Program-made: the position numbers and the translations under genes | In this document: positions 26,771-54,215 of the stretch, one piece after another | Layout of the letters: every line of letters begins with the position of its first letter | How positions within the stretch are numbered: the stretch's first letter is position 1 | The notes under the pieces: model-generated | The model's input: the letters and a program-made list of their open reading frames with translations, nothing else | Databases searched by the model: none | What the model was told of the DNA's origin: nothing | From: Antechinus flavipes | Lineage: Eukaryota | Direction: 5' to 3' | Assembly: GCF_016432865.1 (NCBI RefSeq) | Contig: NC_067400.1 | Span: 614,730,001 to 614,794,000, forward strand | DNA: 64,000 bases

Positions 26771-28399
26771 TTTTGCTCTACTCTCTGCCCGGTGGACCCA
26801 TTTTGGGGATGAGCATGTCGAGGCCAGGACTTTCTGCCAGTGTCCGGAGAAAGGCCAGTTCCTTGACCCAGAGATTTGCTCTTTTGACCCTCCAAGGGAA
26901 GAACAGAGAGGGCAGAGTCTGCTCAGCCCCAGCTAGTCCAAAAAAGTCCTGGACATTGGTATTCCCAAAGATGGAGAGGCTTTTCCCCGCTTCCTTTCTC
27001 GGCCCTGGGGTCTTCCCAGAAACTCCTCTCACGCCAAGTGTTCCCCAGGCCTCTGAGCCAGATGGGTGTCCCTCAAACTGCTGGCTCAGAGTCCCAAGGG
27101 GAGGGTTCAGGGGCAGGCTCAGAGGGCTAGAAAGAGACCTGCATCCCCCATCAACCAGAGAGAGGACACAGAGCTCAGTCTGAGGGGAACACGGGAAATC
27201 AAACCAGAGAGTGCTCACGTGGCGAGAGTGAGATCCAGGCCCAAGGCCGCCTCCTCCATCAAGCCTTCCCGGATTTCTCCCCTTCTTCAAATGAACGTGG
27301 GGACGCCACACCAAGGCAGGACGGGCTCCCCCAGGGAGCTGACACGCTACTAGGCGGGGGATCGTGGCCCCATTTCCTGGAACAGAGTAAGCAAATGCTT
27401 AATGAATATGCATAGAAGTGAATCGTTGAATTAATGAAATTCAGTGCTGGATCGTGGGCTCCTGACGCGGGACTTTGGAGAGCACCCCTAGAGAATCTTG
27501 TCGTTTTACGGAAGAAGAAACTGAGCCGGAGCAGGGAAGGTGGGACGAGAACCCCGGGAGGGCGGCAGCGATCCCCACCGGGTGCCGGCCCGCAGCCCGT
27601 CCTGGGGCGGGCGGGCAAGGCAGCCAAGCTGAAAGAAAAGGGCCCTCGGGTGCCGGGCAATCGAGCCGCTCGCTCCACCTGGGCCACCGCCTCCCTACGG
27701 ATGCGTGAGCTGGGAAGCAGCCCCGGCTGCGAGAAGGGAGTCCTGGGCCCGCCTCGGCCGCTGTCCCCCCCGCCCCACTAGGCTGCAGGCCCCGTCTGTC
27801 TGGCCCCTCCGCTTCCCACAGTGCTCTGCTCTCTGGTGAGTCTTTCCCAGGCTTTATTCCCAAGGCCGGCGTTGGCCAGAGGTCCCTCCTGGAGAGCTCC
27901 GGGGCCTCCAAGTCTGTCCTCTGTCCCTCAAAATCAGCCCTGCCCCCAGGCAGAGCCAGGCACATCTCCAACCTCTCTCTGGGAACAGACACTTCGTTCC
28001 TGGAAGGCATCGGTGCACCCAAGGCCTGCCCCCAGACTCTCCCCTCAGAGGCGGGCGGCCCCCCCGGGCAGAGCACCAGCTTTCTCGGCCTGTCTCCCCC
28101 CAGGGACGGCGGCGGGGTGTTTGGCAGCCGGCGCTAACCAGGCCCCGCAGCCAGCAGATCTGGAAGGGATGCCAGTGGTGAGTGGGTGGGAGGGGAGCCA
28201 GAGAACCCCCTCCCAGCGCAGAAGGAAAGGGCCCTCCTTCGCCTGGAGGGGGAGAGCCTCCTCCCGAGCCGTCTCCTCTCCCCCCATCCATCTTCATCTC
28301 TTCCCAGTCTACGGGAACCTCCACGCCTGCTTTGTGAATGAGAGGCTGGGCTGAGACTCGGCTGGCGGGCCTTTCGGATGCTGTCTGCGCGTGCCACGG

Positions 28400-28760
28400 G
28401 GTAGGACTGAGGTTGGGGAGCCAGAGCGCCAACCCCCGTCCCGGAGAGCAGACCCACCCGCCACAGAGCGCCGACCCCTGCTACAGAGAGCAGACCCCCC
28501 TCCTCAGAGCCGACCCCCGCCATAGAGAGCAGACCCACCTGCCACAGAGCGCCAACCCCCCACCACAGAGAGCCAACCCCCGCCACAGAGCAACGACCCC
28601 CGCCACAAAGAGCCAACCCACTCACCACAGAGCGCCAACCCCCCACCACAGAGCAACGACCCCCGCCACAGAGAGCAAACTCCCGCCACAGAGAGCCGAC
28701 CCACCCGCCACAGAGAGCCGACCCACTCACCACAGAGCGCCAACCCCCCACCACAGAGCG
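28400..28760. repeat. About 19-21 bp C/A-rich minisatellite (ccacagagcgccaacccc)
   Basis: Many degenerate copies of c(g/a)ccacagag...acccc. Confidence 0.9.
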
Positions 28761-29899
28761 CTGCATCCAGCTCCTGCCCTTGTTACACACTAGCTCTCGA
28801 GACACTTAAGCAGGAAGCTTCCACACTGGGCTGCAGGAGATGCCCTCTGCTGATCCCAGGGGCAGCCATCTTGGCCACTGACCGGCTGGCTAGCCATCCA
28901 GCAATTCTGCTAAGAGAGCTTGGGCCCACGGTCCCGGAGGCCCACCAGCCGGCCGTCCCCCACCTCTTCTGCCCAACCAAGCAGCGTCTCACCGACTGCC
29001 CCAGCGGCCCGGGGAGCCGTCTAAACCCAAGTGGACACGGGTCACTGAGGGCACACCCAACGGTGTCCAGGAGCCGTCACCATGGCTTCACACGGGCCAT
29101 TGGCCCCACCATTGGGCGCTTTGTGCTCACTGGTGCCCACCTCCCCGGCACCGATGGCTGCCCCCGGGACCCTGGTTCCCCCTGGGGGGACCTTCAAGCC
29201 GTTCCCCATGGGGAACCTTTCAGGCGGCTCCTCCACGGCTGCCTTCGGGAGGGCTCTTGTCTAAAGGCCCTAAGTGGCCATCCATTGGGAACAAAGGACC
29301 TGAGCCTGGGCCTCCAAGAGGGGCCTCCCCAGTGTGCGTGACCTTGGAGCCTGCGTGGAACCCTGGAGCTACCCCAGATGACCTTGGGCCACCTCCGAGT
29401 CTCTCTGCAGCTCCACATCCCCCGCCCTGGACACGGCCTCCATTTAGACTCAGTTTCCACATTTGCAAAATTAATAGGTTGGCTGAGCCCCCTTGGACCC
29501 TTAAATCCTCCGAATATGCCCCATGGACATCCTCATGGAACTGAGGCCTTAGGGGGTGAAGAGTGAAGGTGCTGCAGGGCAGCAGGGGCAGAGCTGGGCA
29601 GACCAAGGTCATCCTGACGGAGGAGCAGGGGTCCCCGCAGGAGGCGGCCGCTCGCCCCCCAGCCCCTCAAGGCTGGCCCAGCACGGAGTTAGGGAGTGCG
29701 AGCCACCCAGCCAGGATAGAGGCCTTTGGGGGAGGGGGCTCGCGCTGGAGGGGCTGGAGAGGGGAGAATTCTGGGGGTCTGGAACGTTTAGGGGAGGGGG
29801 GCTCGTGCTAAGTCCAGGAGGGACTTGGGGAACCAGAAGGGACTGGGGTTCAGGGAAGATGGGAGATATTACTGGAGGAAATGGGGAGGGTCTGCGGGG

Positions 29900-30284
29900 G
29901 CGGCGCGTGCACACATTGTGTACGGTGGTGAGGGGCGTACCCTAGCGGCAAGAGCCCACTCTCCCCACAGCCTTCGAGGTGGGGATCCAGGCGCGGCCCC
30001 CTCCCCTGCCTTCCCCGCGCAACATCTGCCTCCTCCAGGTCCGGGGGAGGGAGCGGGGAGCGGAGGGAGGAGGGGGAGTGCGGTCCTGGGCGCCTGGGGC
30101 TCCGGGCGGGGGCGGCGGGAGCAGCTGCGCAGAGCGAGGCGCCCAGAGCCCGAGCGGACTAGCCAGCGCAGCTCCGCAGCAGCAGCAGCTTCGAACGGTC
30201 CTTCCCGGCTCTGCGCTCGCAAACCCTGGGCACCCTGAACCCTCAGCCTCAGGCGGCTGGGCTGCCCGGTCCCGGAGGGTCCGG
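29900..30284 (+). promoter_or_regulatory. TMEM91 CpG promoter and probable non-coding exon 1
   Basis: CpG/GC-box rich. Strong donor cgg|gtgagt at 30285; acceptor ttccag at 30926 precedes the ATG exon. Confidence 0.6.
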
Positions 30285-30933
30285 GTGAGTGGGGCAGCCT
30301 CGGGAGGGGGCGGCCCCCTGGGATACCCCGCAGAGCCCGGACAGCTCCTGGGCACTTAGCCCCCCGTGGGGGGAAGGGGTAGCTGGGGGGGAACTGGGGG
30401 TCACAGGCAGCTTCCCCAAACCCCTTCTTCGAGGGTCTCCGGGGCTTCCCAGGCTTCTGCCCCCGTCCCAAGAGGACCACCAGCCCTGGCTTCCTAAGTT
30501 TGGGGGGAGGGGATGTAGGGATGGATTGGGGGGGCGATGCTGTACGACTCAGGTAGGTAGTGGATGGGGGGGTAGCCTTGGCGTTTTCGGGAGCATCAGC
30601 GAGAGGCTGGGGGCACTGAGGAGGTGGGGGTGGGGCGGCGGCGGGAGATCTTTTCTATGTGCGAACCCTGGGATTTAATGGGGGGGGATGATTAGGGGAC
30701 GAGTGGGTTGGAGGAAAATCTGTCTGGGGGGGTGGAGGTCTGGACCCCGAGGTTCTGACCTTGACCGCTTTCTGAGCCTCAACTTCCCCATCTGTAAAAT
30801 GGGGGTGGGGATGGCGGAAGAGCTAGGTTCTCTCTAGCGCCCTATTAAGGGTCTGTGGGTTCGTAGGATTGAACTGCGGCGATTTATTTCTAACCGGATT
30901 CCTTGTTTCCCTCCGCGGGGTTCCAGACAGACC

Positions 30934-32261
<1,328 letters not shown>

Positions 32262-32561
32262 AGACTCAGGGGGACCAGAGGGGTCTCGAGGGATGGCCTC
32301 GACCCCCCCCACCCCATGGCCACGCCCACCCTATGGCCACGCCCTCTCCTGGGCCACCCCCTCCCCTCCCCGTGGCCACGCCCCTCCCTCCCCTCGGCCA
32401 CCCACTCCCCGTGCCTACTCCCATTCCCCACCCTGATCCCTATCAATCCTGTTCCCCACTCCCCCTCCCCCATTCCCCACTGAAATCCCCCCTTCCCCAT
32501 CCCTACCTGTCCCACCCCTCCCCCTCCCCCGCCCCCGCTCCCAGCCAGGCAGAAACAACTA

Positions 32562-32567
32562 ATTAAA
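32562..32567 (+). terminator. TMEM91 polyA signal ATTAAA
   Basis: 300 nt after the stop, with downstream ctgtgtctctgttg. Confidence 0.6.
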
Positions 32568-32605
32568 ACCTGGGATTCATCTGAAGCCGCATTGCTGTGT
32601 CTCTG

Positions 32606-32705
32606 TTGGGGACGGGGAGGGGGGGGAGGGGGAAGGAAGGGGAGAGGAGGGGGAAGGAAGGGGAGGGGAGGGGGAAGGAAGGGGAGGGGAGGGGGAAGAA
32701 GAGAA
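32606..32705. repeat. Polypurine ggggaaggaaggggag repeat
   Basis: About 21-bp purine-only units between the convergent TMEM91 and EXOSC5 3' ends. Confidence 0.85.
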
Positions 32706-32904
32706 TGGGAGGGGGTTGGGGCCCGGGGCCCACGGAGCCCTTATGGGGAGATGGCCAGCCCCTTCCCAGGAAGAGCAGAGCCGGGCAGGACCAAGGTTCT
32801 GAAGGCCCCCCAAGCCCGGCTCACCGCATCCCCACCTCCCCACTTTTGCCCAGGCTGTTCCTCTGCCTTCACTTTCAAGGCTCAACTCAGACACAGTTTT
32901 AGTT

Positions 32905-32960
32905 GACATCAAGCATTTATTGAGTGTCTACTGCGTGCCAGGCACTGAGAACACAAACAA
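32905..32960 (-). mobile_element. L2 3' tail carrying an AATAAA in the EXOSC5 sense orientation (32916-32921)
   Basis: aagcatttattgagtgtctactgcgtgccaggcactg is the antisense L2 terminus. Confidence 0.7.
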
Positions 32961-33443
32961 GCAGATTCTTGAATCAGATTTCTCCCCCCAGAAGTCGTTC
33001 TCTCCACCTCTTCAAGCGCCCCAAGCCTGGTGATCCCTCCAGCAAAGTGGAGCTTCTTGGGGGGTGGGGGAAAGGGGCCATGCAGGGAGGCCTCAGGTTC
33101 ACCTCCTTCCCAGGGCTGCCACAGTGCAAGATTCTCAGCACACAGTAGGCGCCCCAAAAATGCTTGCTTCTGCTCCATTCTTCAGGACATAACACAAAAG
33201 GGCTTCCTTCCAAGGGGATCACAGGGTCTGGAGGCCCAATGCCCCACCCGCACTGAGGGGGAAACTGAGGCTTACAGGGGTGTCCCCAGAGCCCTCACCC
33301 AAGCCCCTCCAGACTCCCCCACACCGAGGAGCTGCATCTCCATCTTCCCGGGGAACGTAGGGTGGGAGAGCAGCAGTGCCCAGAGCTGCATCCCCTCCTC
33401 TCCAGAGGGGCCGAGTTCCCGGGGGGCCGGGCCTGGCTCCCAC

Positions 33444-43328
<9,885 letters not shown>

Positions 43329-43941
43329 CCACGTGAAGGCCAGCCACTACAAAAGTACTTCCGGCGGCGCGAGGGCGCATGTCTGAAGATCTGGAGGAGC
43401 ATGCGCAAGTATTTTGTTTGTTTGAGCACGTGGGCTTGGCTGACTTCAACTTCCCTCCTCTTCTCCGGCGGACAGGTGCAGTCCCGTCTGAGCAGTCGGA
43501 GAGGGCGCGCGCGCCCGGATCGCGAGGCGCTTGCGCGTAGTTTGTTTGTAAAGGCTAGACGCCACGCTTTCCCTCAGCCCCGCCCCCGACTTCTTCCGCG
43601 CCTCGGTAGAGAAGGGGGACGGTTCAGAATGGCCCGAGGCCCTATCCCAGGCCGAGCGCGGCCAAGGGGCGGGGCACCCCTGTGGACCCGCGTTCTAGAG
43701 GCTGTCTGCGCTTCCGCCTGAAGGGGAGGCCGCTTCGGGGGCCATCTAGCCGAGGGTCAGGGCTGAGGGGGTGTGGCGGACTGAGGCTGTCCCTCGGACG
43801 GGCTGTGTTCGGCGGCGTGGGAGGCGGTGCCGGCTCACGTGGGGCCGTGGGCGTGGACAGCTTTTCAGGCGGCCGCCTTGCCGGCCCGGAGACAGCCTCG
43901 GTGGCAGCCGTGAAGCGGGACGGTTAACGGCTCCTGTCAAG
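43329..43941. promoter_or_regulatory. Bidirectional CpG-island promoter EXOSC5/BCKDHA (ATGs 613 bp apart)
   Basis: E-boxes cacgtg at 43330, 43427, 43836; ETS acttccgg at 43357; actaca at 43346; NRF1-like gcatgcgca at 43399; YY1 aagatggcgg overlapping the BCKDHA ATG. Confidence 0.8.
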
Positions 43942-49780
<5,839 letters not shown>

Positions 49781-50161
49781 GGGGAGCGAGCAGGGGGGAC
49801 CAGGGCTGGGGGCCAGACCAGCGAGGAGGGTCGGCCCCGCTCGGCCTCTCCTCCCCCTTCTGCAGAGAGAGCCGACCGACGGGGGAGCGGGGCCGGGGAC
49901 GGGGGGCAGAAGCCATCCCCTGTCCCTCTGAACCCTTAGCACAACTCCCCTTCCCCAGGTCACTGCCCCGAGGGGAGGGGGACAGGCCAGTGATCGCCAC
50001 CAGCACCCCGTCTGGGACTGTGCCTTTTGGGAAAGCTCAGGCTGCTGAAGCCCTCGGGGCTCCTCGGGGGGCTGCGACTCGCCTCCAGACCAGAACCCGG
50101 ATGCGGCCTCACCGTGGGCTGAGAGGGATGGGACCTGGTGCTCTCGGGTGGCTGGGACTCA

Positions 50162-50167
50162 AATAAA
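50162..50167 (+). terminator. BCKDHA polyA signal AATAAA
   Basis: About 380 nt after the stop, with downstream U-rich cttctttgcctttgg. A second AATAAA lies at 50635-50640. Confidence 0.7.
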
Positions 50168-50784
50168 GACTTCTTTGCCTTTGGCTCAGGCCCGGCTGGC
50201 TTTTGTTTGGGGGCGGGGGGCAGTGGGAGGGAGGGAGAAGGGCGGGGGGTGAAAAGCTGCCTCCAAGCAGAGCCACAGCTTGTGGCCACCAGGGCCCGGC
50301 CTAACCAACAGCCTGGTAAGGGGCACGGCTGGCACCGGACCCCCCGTTTCTCACATGTGCTCCGAGGTCCTTTCCAGGAGGCACAGGGGGTGCAGGCCCA
50401 TAGCACCCCCCTGCTCCCCCAAGTGAAGTTCACCAGTTAAGCCTGGGCCCGGGCTCGGTGGACTGGGGACGAAGGGCCGGCGCTTAACCCGTGGGCGCAG
50501 TGGGCAATGCTGGCCCCGGCTTTGTGCCCCTGGGGGAGGGGGAGGAGGGCCCGGCCCCCCGCCCTGCGCGCCACCCCCGCCAGGACAAACAGCACGCACT
50601 CGGGAGCCCAGGTTCGGGGAGGGAGGGTGGTTTAAATAAACAGAAGCCGCTACAGCTCGGTGCCCTCGGGTCCCCGCGGGAGGGCCTTCCTGCTGGGATG
50701 GCGCCCTCCCCCCGTCCGCCCCAGTCCGGGCTCTCTGCGAGCGGCCCCCGGCCTCCCTCGCCTCCCTCGGGGGCCGCCCGGCCC

Positions 50785-51966
50785 TCAGCAACGGGCCTGG
50801 AGGTTCTGCATGAGTTTCCAGAGGCGGATGGTGGTCTGGGGGTCGCGGGGCTGAGCCAGCACCAGGCGCCGGTGGACGCAGGGGTCCCCCTGCTTGTCTC
50901 TGTCCGGCCAGTTGGTGAGGAAGCCGGGGTGGTTCTGGGGGGCCAGGCCCAGCGCCTGGAAGCAGAGGCCGGAGTAGACGTCGTCGATGGGGAAGGGGAG
51001 CACCCTCTCGGCCGCCTTGAGCAGCCAGGGCGCCAGCTGCCCCGAGAAGACGTAGCCGCCGCCGCTGGCGTAGGCCGGGTAGGGGCCGGCGTAGAAGGAC
51101 TCGGGCACGTAGTAGGGCCCCCGGGGGGTCCGCACGGGCGCCGCCCGCTCGAAGACGTGGCCCAGGTAGAGGCCCCGGGCCGAGGCGGGCGGCAGCCCCC
51201 GGAGCAGCCCCAGCAGGGCCCGGACGTTGACGAAGCTGTCGTCCTCGGCGCGGAGCACGAAGGTCACCTGCGGGCAGTGGCGGCCCAGCCAGCGCAGGAA
51301 CAGCACATCCTTGAGGCTGCGGTTGAAGGGCACGTCCAGGAAGTCCCAGAGCAGGAGGTCCCGGTAGCGCCGGCTCTCCCACTGCACCAGGGGGCCCAGG
51401 TCGGGGCCCGGCTCCCCCCGGGGGGAGCCCAGCAGGAAGAGCAGGCGCACCCCGCGCTCGGGCCGCCCCCACGTCTCCCGGATGGCCTGGCGCTCCCCGA
51501 ATCTGCCCGCGGCCGACTTCACGGCCAGCAGCAGGTAGGGGGCCTCGGAGCCCCCGCAGCCCGGGACCCCCGCGCCCGACACCCAGCGGGGGTAGTCTCG
51601 GCAGGCGGCCGAGAGCAGGAAGCGCCGGTAAGCCTCGGGGTAGGAGGAGAAGTCGGGGATCTCGGCGGCCGCCGCCCTCCCCCAAGCGCGGCAGTCCCCT
51701 GCCGCAGAGCCGGCCGCCCCGGGCAGGGCCTGGAAGAGCTGCTGCTGCCGGTTCCAGTAGGCGGAGGCTCCGGGCCGGCCCAGGCGCTCCGAGAGGTTGG
51801 CAGGAAGCGAGGGCTCGAAGGGGCCGGGCTGGGCCGGGACCCCGGGCTCGGGCCCCTCCTGGTGCCTCCTGGGCCGCAGCGGCTCCGAGCTCCACTCGAT
51901 GTAAACCTTGAGGGCCAGCAGGGTGAGCCCGGCCAGGAGGCAGAGCAGGCACTTGGAGCAGCGCAT
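50785..51966 (-). CDS. B3GNT8: Beta-1,3-N-acetylglucosaminyltransferase 8 (GT31), single coding exon, 393 aa
   Basis: Type II TM N-terminus, LLLAVKS...RQAIRETWG, LLWDFLDVPFNRSLKD, EDDSFV, YPAYASGGGY, IDDVYSGLC. Probable upstream non-coding intron 51999-52151. Confidence 0.96.
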   Translation of the reverse strand: MRCSKCLLCLLAGLTLLALKVYIEWSSEPLRPRRHQEGPEPGVPAQPGPFEPSLPANLSERLGRPGASAYWNRQQQLFQALPGAAGSAAGDCRAWGRAAAAEIPDFSSYPEAYRRFLLSAACRDYPRWVSGAGVPGCGGSEAPYLLLAVKSAAGRFGERQAIRETWGRPERGVRLLFLLGSPRGEPGPDLGPLVQWESRRYRDLLLWDFLDVPFNRSLKDVLFLRWLGRHCPQVTFVLRAEDDSFVNVRALLGLLRGLPPASARGLYLGHVFERAAPVRTPRGPYYVPESFYAGPYPAYASGGGYVFSGQLAPWLLKAAERVLPFPIDDVYSGLCFQALGLAPQNHPGFLTNWPDRDKQGDPCVHRRLVLAQPRDPQTTIRLWKLMQNLQARC

Positions 51967-53130
51967 GGCCGGGCCCCCGGGGCCAGGGGGGCCCCGAGCT
52001 GCGAGGGAAAGGCGGGATCAGCGGCCGCCGCTCAGCCCGGAGGGGAGGGGCGCCCCCTCCCTCCCTCACCCCGCGCCTCCGCTCCCTCCCTAAGCCCAGG
52101 TGCCCTCTCCCCTCCCCTCCAGCCCGGGCATCCCGGTCCCCCGGCACTCACTGCTGGGCCGGGGCCTGGGCCCGGGCCGCCAGCCCCCTCAGGTCGGGCT
52201 CCTCCGGCAGCGGCCTCCCTCCCGGACTGAGTCAGTGTGGGGGGGAGGGGAGCCGAGAGCCCCCAGGGGCCAGGGAGCGGCAGGGGCGGGGCCGGGGAGG
52301 AGACCAGAGATACCGCCTGAGAGGCGGGAGCCCAGGGCGTGTTCGGGCGGGTTCTGGGGCCGGCCCAGGAGAGGGGCCCGGGAAATGGGGGGCCCCGGGG
52401 GTCGGCAGAGCCTGGACAGCGCCAGAGCCGGAGAGCCCGGGCCCGGAGGCTGAGGGGAGGGAGTGGGGCTCCGGGGAAGCGGCCGTCCCAGGGCATCCAC
52501 AAAAGGGGGGTCTAGTGACAAAGGGCTCCAGCGGGTCAGGAGGGGGTCTGCTCAGGGGGGAGGTGAAGAGGTGTTACAGGGGAGCGGGGGCTCCAGGGAA
52601 TAGTCCAGAAGGGGGGTCTGGTCAGAGGGGAGAGTGATAAAGGCAGGTAAGGGGGGGGGCAAGGAAGCTGGGAGCCAGGGGCAGAGGAGGGAAGCCCCTC
52701 GCCCCCACACCCAGGGGTGGGGAGGTAGGCCGCAGGATTGGGGGCTCTGCTCCCAAAGCTCCCAAATGAGAAGTGGATGGCAGCTTTCGCCCCCCCAGCC
52801 CCCTCCCCACCAGGTAGCCCCATCAGATACCTGGAGGCTCTGCCGGTCGGGGGCGCGTCTCGGGCCCCCTCTCCACAGCCCGCCCCTCTCTTTCTCCCTC
52901 CTGCAGGGACTAGGGAACTTCCAGCCCCCCGGGAAACCTGGGTGTTTGCATCAGTCGGCCCACTGGGGCCTCTGGGTACCAGCTTATCTCCTAACCGTCA
53001 ACAAACGCTTCCTCACTTCGGCTATAAAGAGGAAGGCATTTCTCTCCAGGGGAGGAGGGGGCCGGGCCCCGCCCCCGGACCCCCAATTCCTGCTGCCTCC
53101 TGACCCGCCCCACGGGACTTCATTTGTTGT

Positions 53131-53488
53131 TTTATTTATTTAACGGCAGCGCCTGAGAGGTGGAGTCCCCAGTAGTCTCCAGCCCTTCCCCCTCCCTGGG
53201 AGAAGGCGGCAGCTTGAGGTCCCCCGAGGTCCCCAGCTCCGGGAAGGGGGGGGAGGCCCAGCCCGGCCTCTGCCATCCACGAGCGCCCCCCCGAGTCTTT
53301 CACTTCTGGGCTTCAGCTTCCCCGTCCCCAGGAATCCTCCCCCGCCCCCGCCCAGGGAAACAGGTGCCAAGTGGCCAAGCCCGGCTGCTGGCCATCTTCC
53401 TCTGGCTCATCCCGGCCTCCCCGGAGCCTCCTCCTCCCCTCCCTCAGGGAGCCTCCCAACTCCAGACTGGTTTCCAGCAATGTTTATT
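53131..53488 (-). terminator. Candidate DMAC2 polyA signals (AATAAA at 53483-88; 53131-40 doubled)
   Basis: Plus-strand tttatt motifs downstream of the DMAC2 stop. Confidence 0.55.
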
Positions 53489-53957
53489 ATCCCTTGTGAA
53501 GGAAGCGGGGCCCAACCCCCTCCCGGCCTCAGACTAATGAAGCCCTTGGGGAGGGGACGGGAATTAATGGACTCGGCTCAGACACCACATCCCGGCAGAG
53601 GCTGGGGGGGGGCGGGGGGACTGCGGGCCACACTCATCCCGTGTTCCTTCCATCCCTCACGCCGGCTGCCAGCCCCAGGGAGGGGAATTCTGGGCACAAC
53701 TGCATGACCTGGGCGGGGGGCGCCCTCCCTTATTCGGGGTGCAACAGAACACAACAGCCAAAGCTGACTTCTGGGGCACCAATGTGCGGGGGGCGGAGGG
53801 AGGCGAGGAAAGGGGCTTCTGGGAGACATCCCTGATGGTGCCCCTCTGTCCCGGCGGGCTCCTGCACCACGTGTGCCCCAGTGGTACAAGGGAGAGAGGG
53901 ATCCTGGGGCTCGCAGAGCATCTAAGGCAGCACCGGAGCAGTGGGGGCTCCTGGGAT

Positions 53958-54215
53958 GCCCGCTGCCATGTCCACTGTCACACCCACTGCTGCACCTGCT
54001 GCCGCTTCCACTGCTGTGCCCGCTGTCACGCCCGCTCCATGCCTGCTGCTGCACCTGCTGCCATGTCCACTGCCGTGCCCGCTGTCACGCCCGTTCCACA
54101 CCCGCTGCCGTGCCTGCTGCTGCATCTGCTGCCATGTCCACTGCCGTGCCCACTGTCACGCCCGCTCCACGCCCGCTGCCGTGCCCACTGCCTTACCCGC
54201 TGCCGTGCCCGCTGC
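53958..54215. repeat. GC-rich tandem repeat (about 12-bp core) spanning the DMAC2 stop codon and 3' UTR
   Basis: Block ctgccatgtccactg at 53963, 54058 and 54129, with gccgtgcccgct and gctgtcacgccc units. Confidence 0.85.

Noticed and set aside
28780-29330. Possible further LINE/ERV remnant
   Set aside because: Too degenerate to assign without a consensus alignment.
50351-52230. 598 aa and 579 aa ORFs overlapping B3GNT8
   Set aside because: Alternative-frame or antisense shadows of a very GC-rich CDS; low-complexity Pro/Gly/Arg/Ala with no recognisable domain.
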